Assembly: GCF_018350175.1 (NCBI RefSeq) | Contig: NC_058368.1 | Span: 49,601,815 to 49,665,814, forward strand | Direction: 5' to 3' | DNA from: Felis catus | Taxonomy: Eukaryota | DNA length: 64,000 nucleotides | Translations under genes and position numbers: made by a program | The notes under the pieces: generated by a model | The model's database searches: none | Seen by the model: the letters and a program-made list of their open reading frames with translations, nothing else | Told to the model about the DNA's origin: nothing | Shown: piece by piece, positions 1 to 12,625 of the stretch | How positions within the stretch are numbered: position 1 is the stretch's first letter | Layout: every line of letters starts with the position of its first letter

Positions 1-439
1 TACTCAAATGTCACCTCGATTATGTTATTTCCCTACCGTGACTCCTGTTACTTAGAGATTCAAGTCTAAACATTTTAGCCTGACATCCAAGGCCTTCAAA
101 AATATTATCCTAAACTCCACATAAGACCTACTTTCCACCCCATAAAAATGTTGTATTTGAGGCAAATTGTTAGCCATCTGTCTTAAATTTTACACCTTTC
201 TGCTTTCATGGTTTTCTCATACCAAGCACTGCCAAATCAGCAAATCTCCATCATTCTAACCCAATCTTCCAAAAATCTCACTCGGACTATGTATTTTGTA
301 CAATCCTTTCTTACCACATTCACCTGAAGTAATACCTCCTTCCTCTGAGTTCCCATTGCAAGTTTTGTCTGAACTATGCATTTGGCAACACTATTCTGTG
401 AAATCTTTCCTATTGTGTTCTTCAACTATTTTACTTTTA

Positions 440-842
440 ATTAACAGACTTTACATTTTAGAGCAGCTTTAAGTTAAGAGAAAAATTAACAAATTAAGGA
501 GAGTTGCCATATACTCTGTCTCCTCTGACTTCAGTCTCCCTTATTATTAGTATCGTACATTTGTGTGGTACATTTGTTACAAGTCACAAAGCAATATTGA
601 TCTGCAGCTATTAAATAAAGTCCATAGATTACATTAAGACTCACTCTGTGTTACCCAGTTCCATGAATTTTGACAAATGTATAATGTCATGTATCCACTC
701 TTACATTATCATACAGAACAGCTTTACTGCCCTAAAAATGCCCTAAGCTTCATCTGTTCATCCTTCTCTACCCTCCTCCTGAACTCCTGGCAAACACTGA
801 TCTTTTTACTACCTCCATACTTTTTCCTCTACCAGAATGTCT
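440..842 (-). mobile_element. Old LINE-1 3' UTR fragment (L1MC-like)
   Basis: Contains ttttagagcag...gtggtacatttgttacaa...aaagtccatag...gacaaatgtataatg...actgccctaaaaat...ctggcaaacactgatcttttt, which is the reverse strand of the L1MC-type 3' end as recalled. Confidence 0.75.
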
Positions 843-1510
843 TCCTCAACTATTTGTAAATATCCCACTACCATTCAAAAGTCTATGCATTTGTGCCCTG
901 CTTCTTCATATAGATGAGAAAATTCTCATTATATTCCCATCAGCATTTACTAGAGAAAGAACCATGTGCATGTAGACTTTAATAGGAATGCGTTAGTTTT
1001 ATATAAATGAATGTAGATTCATCTTTCTTATTTCTTTAGGAAAAATTTAAAAATACCTATACCTTGAAGTAAAGAATTGCCTTTCCAGAGTAAGGCAGAA
1101 AAAGTTTGTTAAAGATTTTAAAAAGGTAATTTGATTAAAAAGAATCAACTGGAAAAAAAAAGTAGTCAGATGTAAGTAAATACACTGAAGCCAATCCTTC
1201 CCAGATGACAGAAATAAATTAATTCAAAATATAATGGAAAATAGATTGTGAAGAATCCTTAGAAATGCAAATACCTTAAGAAAATTGGAACTATGATATT
1301 TTATGGAGAGACATGAAGAAGAGATTTGAGTAGGTGGCAAGTGAACCATATTCATTGGTGGAAGGATTCAGCAATATAAGAGGTCAATAATTCCAAAACT
1401 AGCTTATGACTTACTTTTGAGAACTTAAAACCATATTTCTCAGGCTCATCTGAAAAAAAATAAATGATATGAGTATCCCCCCCAAAAAAACTTTTAAACA
1501 AAAATAAGGA

Positions 1511-1731
1511 GCTTTTTTTCTTTTTTAATGTTTATTTATTTTTGAGAGAGAGAAGGAGAGACAGCACAAGCAGGGGAGTGGCACAGAGAGAGGGAGACAC
1601 AGAATCCAAAGCAGACTCCAGGCTCTGAGCTGTCAGCACAGAGCCTGACATGGGGCTCAAACTCACAAACCATGAGATCATGACCTGAGCTGACGTCGGA
1701 TACTTAACCGACTGAGCCACACAAGCATCCC
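1511..1731 (-). mobile_element. Can-SINE (SINEC_Fc-type)
   Basis: Reverse-complement SINE body (catgagatcatgacctgagctga...cttaaccgactgagccac), (AG)n linker and T tail. Flanking duplication ggagc(t)nc at 1508-1520 and 1734-1745. Confidence 0.95.
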
Positions 1732-1854
1732 ATGGAGCTTTTTTCTAACAGGTATAAAAACACACCAACAGTAAAACGTAAAAAATATTTAAGATCTAAA
1801 TGACTATAACCTTTATGTTTTCTAAATGTGTTACAAGCTAAAATATGTTTCACA

Positions 1855-2090
1855 GGGGCGCCTGGGTGGCTCAGTCGGTTAAGCGTCCGACTTCGGCTCA
1901 GGTCATGATCTCACGGTTTGTGAGTTGGAACTCTCCGTCAGGCTCAGTGCTGACAGCTCAGAGCCTGGAGCCTGTTTCAGATTCTGTGTCTCCCTCTCTC
2001 TCTGACCCTCCCCCATTCATGGTCTGTCTCTCTCTGTCTCAAAAATAAATAAACGTTAAAAAAATAATAAATAAATAAATAAATAAATAA
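1855..2090 (+). mobile_element. Can-SINE (SINEC_Fc-type)
   Basis: Starts ggggcgcctgggtggctcagtcggttaagcgtccgacttcggctcagg; has CT linker and (AAAT)n tail. TSD aata[t/a]gtttcaca on both sides. Confidence 0.97.
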
Positions 2091-2401
2091 ATAAGTTTCA
2101 CAATTTTGAAAAATAATAAAAGGAATTAATGCATAGACTAAAGAGAAGAAATGGAATCCAGAAAATAGAAATAAATTTTGAAGGAATAAAGAATACTAAT
2201 AGATATATTAATACTAACACTAAAATATAGTAGCTAAAAATCCTTAATGAAGAGGCTGATGAAATAGTTACTTTTGTTTGCATTGCTATGCAAAATACAT
2301 TTTGCAAAAGACCTTCACTAAAAGTCTCCAGTAAAATATGTACATAGACCCATGCAAACATGCCACAATGAAAGAATCTTGAAGACTCAAGGAATAGGCA
2401 A

Positions 2402-2875
2402 TGTGTCAGCCATGTTTCAACACAGGAAACAGAAACCACTTGAGATATTTCCAGCAGAAAAATTTAAGAGAGGATATTAGATCCTTTCAAAATATTTGAA
2501 ATGGCTGGGGAAATGGGAAACAGGGAGCCACAATACAGCTTTTGCCTTGAAGATCATATTAGTGCAGCCAGGATGCAAATTTTGCTCTGCTGGGAACTTT
2601 GCTGCTGACATCACAAGTGTACCACATTCATGAAGGTGTGACGACAATGGAATGTGGAATCTGGGCATCACCAACATCCATACCTCCAGGAGGCCTCTAA
2701 TCCACCAACCACATTACAGAAAAGTGGCATCAGTCTCCACTTCCACCTTTCAAAACTCATGCTCATGTATCTAATTGGTATAACCCAATTCACATTTAGG
2801 GACTAGGGAAAAACACAGATTTTAGCTCCCCAACTACTCTGAACAGAAGAGTAAAATGGAGATTGAAAGAGCCTC
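2402..2875. mobile_element. Old ERVL/MaLR-class solo LTR remnant (LTR33/MLT1-like)
   Basis: tgtgtcag...caggaaacagaaaccact...atttccagcagaaa opening and tctaattgg...aaccc...gggaaa closing motifs typical of ancient ERVL-class LTRs. Family uncertain. Confidence 0.4.
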
Positions 2876-3191
2876 TGTAAGCATATAAAAACAAGTTGCT
2901 AAAGAAGAAATATGAGCGGTATATTTTTATGAGAAGAAAATGTTCAATTTTACTTGTTATTAAAGAAACACCAATTTTAACCAAAATAAATATAATTTTC
3001 TTCTAATATTTAATGATAAATTCTGAGAAAAGTGCAGTGAGATGGAATGTTCATGCACTACAAAAAAGAGTGAATACGTACAACTTACCTAGACAGTGAT
3101 ATGGCAATAGGTATCTAAGACCTTAAAAATTATTCCATCCTTTGATATAATAATCTACTTCTTGGAATCTAACTTAAGAAATAATGTGCTC

Positions 3192-3607
3192 TATTATGCT
3201 AAGTGAAATAAGTCAGACTGAGAAATATAAACACCATATTATTTTACTCATATGCAGAATCTAAAAAAAAAAAACAATTGAATAAACAAACAAAAGGCAG
3301 AATCAGACCTATAACTACAGAGAACAAACTGATGGTTGCCAGAGGGGAGGGGAGGGCGTGGGCAAAATGGATGAAGAGGACTGGGAGATACAGGCTTCCA
3401 GTTACGGAATGAATAAAGTCACAAGGATAAAAAGCATAGCCTACGGGATATAGGCACTGATACTGTAATTGTGCTGTATAGTGGCAAGTAGTAACTACAC
3501 TTGTGATGAGCGCATCATAACGTATAAAAAGCTGAATCACTATGTTGTACAAGCTAACATGTTGATGTTTGTCAACCAGATTCAAATTAAAAAAAATTTT
3601 TTTTTTA
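3192..3607 (+). mobile_element. 5'-truncated L1 3' end (carnivore/L1MA9-like)
   Basis: tatgctaagtgaaataagtcaga...agagaacaaactgatggttgccagagggg...tacaggcttccagttacggaatgaataaagtcac, then an A/T tail. TSD aagaaa[t/g]aatgtg at ~3176 and ~3608. Confidence 0.88.
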
Positions 3608-5956
3608 AAGAAAGAATGTGGTCTTCAATTTATGATCAGGAATACTGGCAACAGGAGAAAATAAGCAGCTTTATTTAGAAGTGTCAAAAATCAGATAATA
3701 ACTAGTGACCAACAAAGGGGGAACAATTAAGTAAGTTATATTACCTCTATACAATAGGTTATTCTACAGCTTTGTAAGGACACTGGAATTTCTTCATGTT
3801 ATAAAAACAAGTAGGACACAAAAATATTTATGAAATATGGAGCTAACTTTGTAAACTCTTGACAAATTTGATGTAACAGAGAGAAGGGACTGGGAAAAAA
3901 ACACATAAAAGCCTTAACACTCTATCTCTGATGAAGGAGGGAGGGAATGGTTAAATTTAATTTTCATCTTTCCAGCACTCTACAGTTTCCAAATATTCTA
4001 TAGCAAGACTACATTTTTTAAAACTATTAAAGATAAACCAAAAACTATCATTAAAAGATGAAAGTAATAATCTTCTAAGAAAAAAAGCTTATTTTTTTTT
4101 CTCTTTCTTTCTAGTTTGAAATGCATAAATATGCTTTAGTGGATTGAGGATTTTGTCTTCATTTACAATTGGGACTTAACATGCCCTTAATTTCTGGAAG
4201 CTATACTTTTAATATGTCATGGCATGGCAGGAAGGGAGCTGGGGGGACTGAAATTTACAAAAATAGGGCCTAAAGGTCACAGCTGGGTTCCTCTCAACCA
4301 CCTCGCTGTGGTTCTCCTCACATAAAGACTATGTAGTCAGCAATCCCACAGCCACATTTGTTTCCACATCTATTTCATCAGTTCAAATGCTAGAAAAAAT
4401 TGAGAATTTCTGAAGAAGAAATAATAGTGAGATCTATTTGTAAGATAATATTTTAGTAAAATTCTGATGAAAATACAAATATATCAGCTGTCACATTCTG
4501 TTAGATGCTCTCCTTAGTTTTAGAAAATGGTGAATACTAACCCTTCCATCTTCAGAGACAATTTCACAAGAACTGGGTGGAGCTAGAGGGGAGGGGAGAG
4601 GATGGTCAAATGAGAACCAAGAACAAAAGTGAATAAAGAGCACTGCTTTATGCAAAAAGTATGTCAACTCCAGACGCCAAGCAGCAACCCACACTCATGG
4701 GTATTCACAGCCACTTCCTTCTTCTTCACAGGCTTATCTACTCTACAAGCATACACAATGCCCTCCACTGTTTCATATCTTCCCTGTGTCACCCCAACGA
4801 GTAACCCTCCATACCCACCTCCTCAATTCCTGTCTCCTCACAACTGATAGGCAAAGAGCTTCCAGCCGGCTTTCTTCAGCCTTCCAAGTGCCCGCTGTGG
4901 TGTAGGCTCTTTACCTAAGACACTGAAAGAGAACCTTTGTTTTCAGACATGTCTGCATCTATATCCAAGTCTTGATTGAGACTTTTCCAGACCATTCCTA
5001 GGCTTTTGGCCTCTCTTTGCTATTTACATGCCAATTATTTCACGTAACTAAAAGCAAGAAAAGAACTATAAATTAGATGTCATCCTATTAGTTTCATTTT
5101 ATTTCATTCTGTTAAGCTTCTCTTAAGAACTGCCCATGTTACAGATTCCAGAGACTCCTGGCTTTGACTGAGGCAAAGCTCCAATAAACACATAGACTCT
5201 GTTACCAGGCTGGGAACAAGATGGATACATTTGCTCTCAACATTAGCCCTGGCATAGGCTCTGCTCTGGAGTCTGGGGAGTTTGTGTAGTTTGGCTGACA
5301 GTTTTGCCTTTTATAAAAGGCTGAGATGATTGTTTCCATGTATAGTATTACAACTGTAAGGACAAAATGCAGTTTTCCAAAACTCCATTTTTCTCATTTT
5401 GTAACATACTCCTGAATTAAACCATCATAGTTTATCGATCAGAATCGCTCTGCCCACTTATATACAATTGTAACTATATATTGCTACACTAATGGAACCT
5501 AAAACCAGGGTATAGTCTCATTGGAACAAAAGAAGCGTTCCTCTGTTGTGTGAATTTCACCTCAAAAATAAACCTCTATGCATCAAATTGATTAGATTTC
5601 TTGTAAAAGAGTAGCTGCCGTTGCAAATCCAAAGTAATAGATGGTTGACATGTGACACTAATAGTAGCCAATAAAACAGCTACAGGAAAATTTTCCCAAA
5701 TGCTTTGTAAATTGATTATCTATAATACCCTATGATAAATTGACCCATAATGTCATCTGATGGCTATTTATTTAGGCAGAAATTCAGTCTGGGGAATTTG
5801 AGAAACAAAATTTCAGCACTGCAACGATGATGGTAATACATTTCACAGTCCTCTAGAATAGCAGATATTAGTGTGGTTTATTAGCTTTGCATTTGCCCAT
5901 TTGTCTAAAATAAGACTTTTACCAATCTTAGTTTGGTCAAGAAATAAACCTACTCT

Positions 5957-6148
5957 GGAGCACCTGGGTGGCTCGATCGGGTGAGCGTCTGACTTCGGCA
6001 TTCAGGTCATGATCTCGCGGTCCATGAGTTCAAGACCACATAGGGCTTGATTCTGTCAGCCTGTCATCACAGATTCTGCTTCAGATCCTCTGTCCCCTTC
6101 TCTGTGCCCCTCCCCAACTTGTGCTCTCTCAAAACTAAATAAACATTT

Positions 6149-6178
<30 letters not shown>
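5957..6178 (+). mobile_element. Can-SINE, older felid subfamily, (AAAAC)n tail
   Basis: ggagcacctgggtggctc...tcaggtcatgatctc body. TSD aagaaataaacc at 5939-5950 and 6179-6190. Confidence 0.93.
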
Positions 6179-6179
<1 letters not shown>

Positions 6180-6831
6180 AGAAATAAACCCATCTGAGTA
6201 GCAACGGGGTAGTTTCTCGTACAGCACCTCAAACTCCCAATGGACTCCCAGCTCCCCACTTCAACCCCACCAAAAAATCAACCTCTCCATTCTCTGTTTC
6301 ATTAATAGGACTAGCATTAGTCCAGGCTTCCAGGGTCAAAATGAGTTATCTTCAAGTTGTCCTTTTCAATGAGCGTGCAATTCAGTTATCATCAAGACCT
6401 GTTCTTTCTTCTTATTGTCCCTCTCACAGACCCTTTTCTTGCACTTTCACAACCCAAAGACAATTTCACTTATTATTCCCCATTCTCAACAGTGCAGCCC
6501 TCCTTCCTCTACACTTCCCCTCCATTCTGCTTCATGAATCCCACACAGATCTTCTCTGAGGGGTCACCCCCTATTCATGATTCAATGAGTCCCTCTGGCC
6601 AAGAAAAGCAATTTTCCAAATTGTTTTTCCACTGTGACACATATGTGTACCATCCAAGCTGATGCATAAATAAAATATGTAATCTGGAGCTAGAACTCTG
6701 CTCTTCAAAAACTATCTTCTCTCTGTGCCTCCAGCCAGAATTGCTTCCTCTCCTTTGTGCTTTCCTATTCTGTCTTACTCACTTGGAACACATCACCCAT
6801 TAGCATATACTGAAAATATTTATATATGCAC

Positions 6832-7336
6832 TGTAGTAGGTAGATTCAGAAAATGGCCTCCAATGATTCCCACTTCCTGATATGCAAGATCTTGTATAAT
6901 CCCCCCCCTTGAGTGTAGTATAGACATAGTGACTTGCTTCTAATAATAGAATATAGTAAAAGTAAAGGAATGCCATTATTGATTCCATTATAAAAAACTG
7001 ACTTCCACCTTTCTAGCAGACTCTATCTATTGCCTTCTCAGCTCATATACTTTGATGTGCTGAATTCTAGCAAGGAAATGAAGGCTTCAATTCAACAGGC
7101 TTGGAGGAACTGAAATTTTCCAACAACTATGTGAATGAGCTTGGAAGTAGAACCTTCCCCATCAAGTCTTCAGATGAGACTGAGCTTTGACTGACACTTT
7201 GATTTCAGCCCTTTAAGAGACCCTGAAGGACAAGACCCAGCTAAACTATGCCTGGATTCCATAGCCAAAGAAATGATAACTATTTTAAGCTTCTAAGTTT
7301 GGGGGTAATTTGTTGCACAGAAGTGAATATAATACA
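6832..7336 (+). mobile_element. MaLR solo LTR (MLT1E/F-like)
   Basis: TG...CA termini; aaaatggcctccaatgattcccacttcctg, cccttgagtgt, gtcttcagatgagactg, taagtttgggggtaatttgttgcacag...aataca. Confidence 0.85.
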
Positions 7337-7825
7337 TTTATCTTGCCTCACCTGCTTAACTATATAGTCTCTGCCAGGCACAAAGTGAATGACAAAACTG
7401 GGTGTGAGCACAGTGCCCAACATAAATGATAATGTACAAAAAATGTTAATGTGCAGGAAATGCTAATTGGCAGTAACTGAATAAATACATGACTTTACTA
7501 AGGCAATTTTCTCAACTGTTACAAAGAGTAAATATCATCACTTAGTTTTTTCTAAATGTATTAACTACATATAAAGTTTATACTATCCTTTAATGTCATA
7601 TCTTATATTTTGATTTTTGCATATTTCTCTATCTCCTCTGAATTTCCTCCTGTGTTCTTAGCAGAAATGTGGTCATGTCATCTTATCATCTACTTACCTA
7701 TGGGAATGCATAATTGACAGAATGATAAACGACAGTAAACTTGGACTCATTTTTGAAGGGCAATATGCAACAAATACAAGTTTCTTCTATAATATAAATG
7801 TGTTTAAATGATCAAAGAAATAGAT

Positions 7826-8295
7826 ATATCAGGATGCTTTGAGCTACAAATAGCAGACAAATGAAACTTGTGATTCACAGCAAGGATATGTTTATTTCAT
7901 ACATTAATAAGTCTATTGGTTTTGGATTGGAAATTTAATTAGTTCATCAAGGACCCAATAGTTTCCTTTCTACTCTGCTCTGTTCTTCTTAGAATAGCTC
8001 CCTCATGGTTATAAGGTGGCTGCCACTACTCCAGTAATCAGACATAAGAATACCCAGTGGAAGAAAAGCATATCTCTTCCTGGGGGTCTGTTTTGTAACA
8101 GCAAAGAAACCACTCCCAGAAGCACCTAACAGACTTCCCTTTGGATCTAAATGACCAAAACTGGATCATATAACATGTTTTAAATGAAACCCTGAGAAGG
8201 GGTTTAAGATAACCACCCTTGCTAAGGAAGGGCTAGCTGCCTGAAGAAAACTAGGGTTTCACCAGCAAGGAAGAAAGGAAATGTTGTTTACACCC
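7826..8295 (-). mobile_element. MaLR solo LTR (MLT1J/K-like)
   Basis: catcaaggaccca, ccctcatggt.a.aa.gtggctgcca..actccag, cccagaagc..c..cagacttccct and ggttt...cagcaaggaagaa motifs. Confidence 0.7.
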
Positions 8296-8431
8296 ATGAA
8301 GATGATATAAAGTGGTGCATAATTCATCACAAAAAATGTGCTTATATGAATTCAGCAAAAGAGACAAATGTTGTCACCTTGAGTGGTTTGGGATCATGAT
8401 AAAAGACTTACAAATTAGGAGACTTCAGGGG

Positions 8432-8439
8432 AAGATGGC
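8432..8439 (+). promoter_or_regulatory. YY1-type motif (aagatggc) at the L1 5' end; also at 39299-39306 and 47328-47335
   Basis: Same motif 10-15 nt inside the 5' end of all three 5'-complete L1s; YY1 is known to position L1 transcription starts. Confidence 0.55.
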
Positions 8440-9034
8440 AGAGTATGAAGATCCTAAACTCACCTTGTCCCACAGATACAACTAGGTAACACCCACATCA
8501 GTATAACTAACCCAGAAAATGACCCAGAGACTCACAGAATAAACTCCACAACTAAATTTAGAGAAGAAGCTGCATCGAAGAGGACAGGAAGGGCGGAGAT
8601 GTTGTCAGGAGCAAACAGACCTGTGGGCCCTCCACAGGGCGGGGGGAGGGTGCCATAGTCCCAAGAGGGGAGAGAAACAGACTCTCACACTGGTGAGCCC
8701 AGACAAAAAGAAAAGTCCCCATAACATTTGGCTTTGAAAACCAGAGGGGCCTAATTTTGCAAATTCTTACAATCAGCAAGACTTAAAACCTGGAACTTTA
8801 AAAGTCAGGGGCTGACTCTGGGAAAGCCAGGAGGGTAAGAGGAAACAGAGTCCCACCTTAAAGAGACAGTATAACAAACAGCCCCATCGAGATACAACAT
8901 AGAAGCAGCAGTTTGAAAAATGCCTGGAGTATACAGAAAGGAGATTTGTTCACTAATTTCAGAGTATGTGCTTGACATGCAGGAATCATTGGGAGACATC
9001 TCCAGGAACAAAGGAGCTGGCCAGGACCATTTCC

Positions 9035-9036
<2 letters not shown>

Positions 9037-9076
<40 letters not shown>
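9037..9076. repeat. (CA)n microsatellite inside the L1 5'UTR
   Basis: About 20 CA units read directly. Confidence 0.98.
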
Positions 9077-9081
<5 letters not shown>

Positions 9082-9862
9082 TAAACACTTGGCCACCTGA
9101 GGATGCCAACATTTGCTACCTAACTTGCTAACAACACACCCCACCCCACATGATCCCCTATGGACATGCTCCTCTAGCCAAGCCTCCACTCCAGGTCCCC
9201 TCTCACAGTAGACCCCTATAAACTTTGCTAAGACTGCCCCCCCACCTCTATGCTTCTAAGGATTCACCCTCTCTAACACAGACTGCCTCAGCCCCCGTAG
9301 CTGCAAGGTCCCTCCTGTAAGTGACCAGTGAAAACCTTGCTAACACCTGCCTTCAGCACCTGCACACTTCTACAAATCCATCCTGCCCCCACCCCCAATT
9401 CTCACTTAGTCAGAACCCATCCAAAGCAGTGCCACAAGTCTACCAGAGTGTAAGGCACAACAACGATTAGACTGTGGGCCTGGCAAAGGGCTGGGGGAAG
9501 ACAGCTGATCTGACTGCAGGTCCCACTAACCAAAGAAAGCTTCTCAGGGGACAACACAGAGAGAATGCCCTGACATTTGGTGCTACATTTGGTGCAATTC
9601 TGATAAATACCTCATCAGACTTAACTCAAGTCCAAGGCAGCCCCATACTGGCTCACTAACACCACAGGAACCAAACCCTTCCCACAACAGGCAAAGAGAG
9701 CCATTGCAGACGACTGGACTGAAGAAAAACAATGCTCAGCCACAACAGCAGGGTGCATGCAACACACACAAGAGACACACCTGAAGCACCAGGTTCCAGT
9801 GAACATGGAACATTGCACTGCAGGGCACTACAGGTACTCTTCTTCCTAAGGCCACTACTTTC

Positions 9863-10094
9863 TTTCTCTTTTTTTTTTTTTTTAATTTTTTTTCAACGTT
9901 TATTTATTTTTGGGACAGAGAGAGACAGAGCATGAACGGGGGAGGGGCAGAGAGAGGGAGACACAGAATCGGAAACAGGCTCCAGGCTCTGAGCCATCAG
10001 CCCAGAGCCCGACGCGGGGCTCGAACTCACGGACCGCGAGATCGTGACCTGGCTGAAGTCGGACGCTTAACCGACTGCGACACCCAGGCGCCCC
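9863..10094 (-). mobile_element. Young SINEC_Fc inserted in the L1 5'UTR
   Basis: CpG-rich body (gacgcggggctcgaactcacggaccgcgagatcgtgacc...cacccaggcgcccc). Perfect 16-bp TSD taaggccactactttc at 9847-9862 and 10096-10111. The empty site is visible in the sister L1 at ~48905. Confidence 0.98.
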
Positions 10095-10173
10095 ATAAGG
10101 CCACTACTTTCAAGAGCAGGAGATATAGCTGACTTTCCTACCACAAAGAAACAGATACAGAGAGTTTGACAAA

Positions 10174-11055
10174 ATGAGGATACAGAAGAATATGTTCCAA
10201 ATGAAACAACAGGACAAAAACACAGCAAGAGACCTAACCAAAATGGAGATAGGTAATATGCCTGATAGAGAATTTAAAGTAATGGTCATAAAAATACTCA
10301 CCGGACTTGAGAAAAGAGTGGAGGACTTCAGTTAGACCCTTAACAAAGAGATAGAAAACATAAAAAAGAATCAAGCAGAGATAAAGGACTTAATAAATGA
10401 AATTAAAGGTATAACAGATGGAATGAACAGTAGACTAGAAGCAGCAGAAAAAATGGATTAGCAACCTGGAAGACAGAGAGATGGAAAGGAATCAAGCTGA
10501 GCAGATGAGAGAAAAAAAATACAAAATGAAAATAGACTTAGGGAAATCAGTGGCACCATCAACATGTGTATTATAGAAATCCTAAGAATAAGAAGAGAGA
10601 GAAAGAGAGGCAGTTGTATTTTGTATTTGAAAAAATAATAGCTGAAAACTTCCCAAATCTGGAGACAGAAATAGAAATCCAGATCTAGGAGGCACAGAGA
10701 GCCCCCCCACCCCCTGCAAAAATCAACGCAAGGAGGTCCATACCAAGACACATAGTAACTAAAATGGCAAAAAAAGTAGTGATAAAAAGAGAATTTTAAA
10801 AGCAGCAAGAGAAAAGAACACAGTTACATACAAGGGAAATTCCATAAGGCAATAGCTGATTTTTCAGCAGAAACACTGAAAGCTAGAAGAGAGTGGCATG
10901 ATTTATTTAAAGGAAAAAACCTGCAACCAAGAATAACCTATCTAGCAAGGCTATCATTCACAATAGAGAGACAAAGACTTTCCCAGACAAACAAAAGTTA
11001 AAGGAATTCATGACCACTAAACAAGTCCTACAAGAAATGTGAAAGGGGACTCTAA
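10174..11055 (+). pseudogene. L1 ORF1p pseudogene
   Basis: atgaggatacagaagaatatgttccaaatg aligns to sister ORF1 48979 (MKRQRNMPQVKQQ...PDREFKVMVIKIL). Contains stops and frameshifts. Confidence 0.85.
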
Positions 11056-11532
11056 GTAGAAAGAAAAGACCACAAGTAGGAGTTAAGAAAAGTAGGAAGC
11101 ACAAAAGCAGTACATATAAGTATATCTATAACAATCAGTGAGGGGACCCACAATAAAAGGACTTAAAGTATGACACTAAATACCTAAAACATGGGGGAAG
11201 AGGAGAAAGAACAGGTTCCAACTGAAGTGACCATCAACTTAATATAGATGGTTATATGCAGATGTTATATACAAACCTAATAGTAACCACAAATATAAAA
11301 AAAAAATAGTAATAGATATGAAAAAAAGAAGGAATTCAAGTATATCACTTAAAAAAGCCAACTAACCATGAAAGAAGAAGCAAAAGAAAAAAGCAACAAG
11401 GAAGAACTACAAAAACAGCCATAAAACAAGTAACAAAATGTCAATAAGTACATTTCTATCAATACTTGCTTTGAATGTAGGACTAAAACCCCAAGTTTCC
11501 ATCAGTAGATGAATAGATGAAGATACAGTGTG

Positions 11533-11535
<3 letters not shown>

Positions 11536-11575
<40 letters not shown>

Positions 11576-11584
11576 GCACACACA
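11536..11584. repeat. (CA)n microsatellite near the L1 ORF2 end
   Basis: Directly visible; a few CG interruptions at the end. Confidence 0.97.
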
Positions 11585-12397
11585 ATGGAATATTATTAAG
11601 CCATAAAAAAGAATGAAATTTTGCCATGTGCAACAACAGGGATGGATCTAGAGGATATAATGCTAAGTGAAATTAGTCAGTCAGGGAAAGACAAATACCA
11701 TATGATTTCATTCATATGTGGAACTTAAGAAACAAAACAAAGCAAAAAAGAGACAACTAAAAAACAGCCTCTTAACTACAGAAAACAAACTGATGGTTAC
11801 CACAGGGGAGGTGGCTGGGGGAATGGGTGAAAAGGGTGAAGGGGATTAAGAGTACACTTATCTTGATGAGCACTGTGTAACATTTAGAATTGCCAAATCA
11901 GTATATTGTACAGATGAAACTAATAGAACACTGTATGTTAACTATACTGGATATAAACTTTTTTTAATTCACAGATAAAAAGAGTTATAAATTAAGATTA
12001 AAATCACTATCCATTCACAAGCATTATCTACCTTTTAATAATCTCACTAAACTCTGCAACTATAGTAATAGTACCATCGGTTCTTTTCTTAGTCATTCAG
12101 TTTATAATTATGGAACAACATAATGACCTTAAAATAATTTTTTTCAAACACTACAGTACAAATTCACGATGTAACCAATTTTGAAACTTATCTTTTCCTA
12201 GGAAGCCTGACTGACAAGAGTTAGTTTCCCCGTGTTTACATTTGTCTTTAATTACCCAGGTTTGCACCTGATTCAAGCAAAAGAACAAAATGAGCCCCCA
12301 GAAACCTATGTTGCATCTAAAAGTCTTCTGGAGAGGAAATACATTGGGATCAGATAAGTAGTCAAGTTCATTAACTTGCCTAGTTGCTACAATGAGA

Positions 12398-12625
12398 CAG
12401 TAGATCATGGTTATTAAAAACTTTGGATTTGGAATCAGATCTAGATTTAAATCTCAACCCCATATTGTATTAAAGATATATGGTCTAACCTCTGTAAGCC
12501 AAAATTTCTCTATCTTTAAAATGGGGATTATCATACCAACCTCATGTGGTTATGAAAGTTAAATGAAATAATGTATGTAAAACATTTAACACAGTAGTAA
12601 ACACTCAACTTTTAGGTGTCATTGT
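12398..12625 (+). mobile_element. MIR SINE relic
   Basis: ctttggatttggaatcaga...taacctctg...tttct..atctttaaaatgggga...ttaaatgaaataatgtatgtaaaacatttaacacagt core. Confidence 0.8.

Larger units (their letters stand above)
1200..3900 (+). mobile_element. Highly decayed old L1M(E) ORF2/3' remnant, split by younger insertions
   Basis: A-rich pieces resembling the ORF2 3' half (atggagagacat...ccatattcattgg...ggaaggattcagc; cttctaagaccttaaaaa-like; atctacttcttggaatct) between the SINEs, LTR and L1 fragment. Boundaries approximate. Confidence 0.45.
8418..11977 (+). mobile_element. Carnivore LINE-1 with 5'UTR, decayed ORF1, ORF2 almost entirely deleted, and 3'UTR
   Basis: Colinear with the sister copy at 47318-54842 through 5'UTR, ORF1, spacer and ORF2 start, then jumps at ~11488 to the extreme ORF2 end/3'UTR. 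17-bp TSD aaaaga[c/g]tta[c/t]aaatta at 8401-8417 and 11978-11994. Confidence 0.9.

Noticed and set aside
1532..2048. Recurring small ORFs 'MAQSVK...TSAQVMIS' (also 35203, 37551, 60215) as a peptide family
   Set aside because: These are translations of the Can-SINE consensus, not genes.
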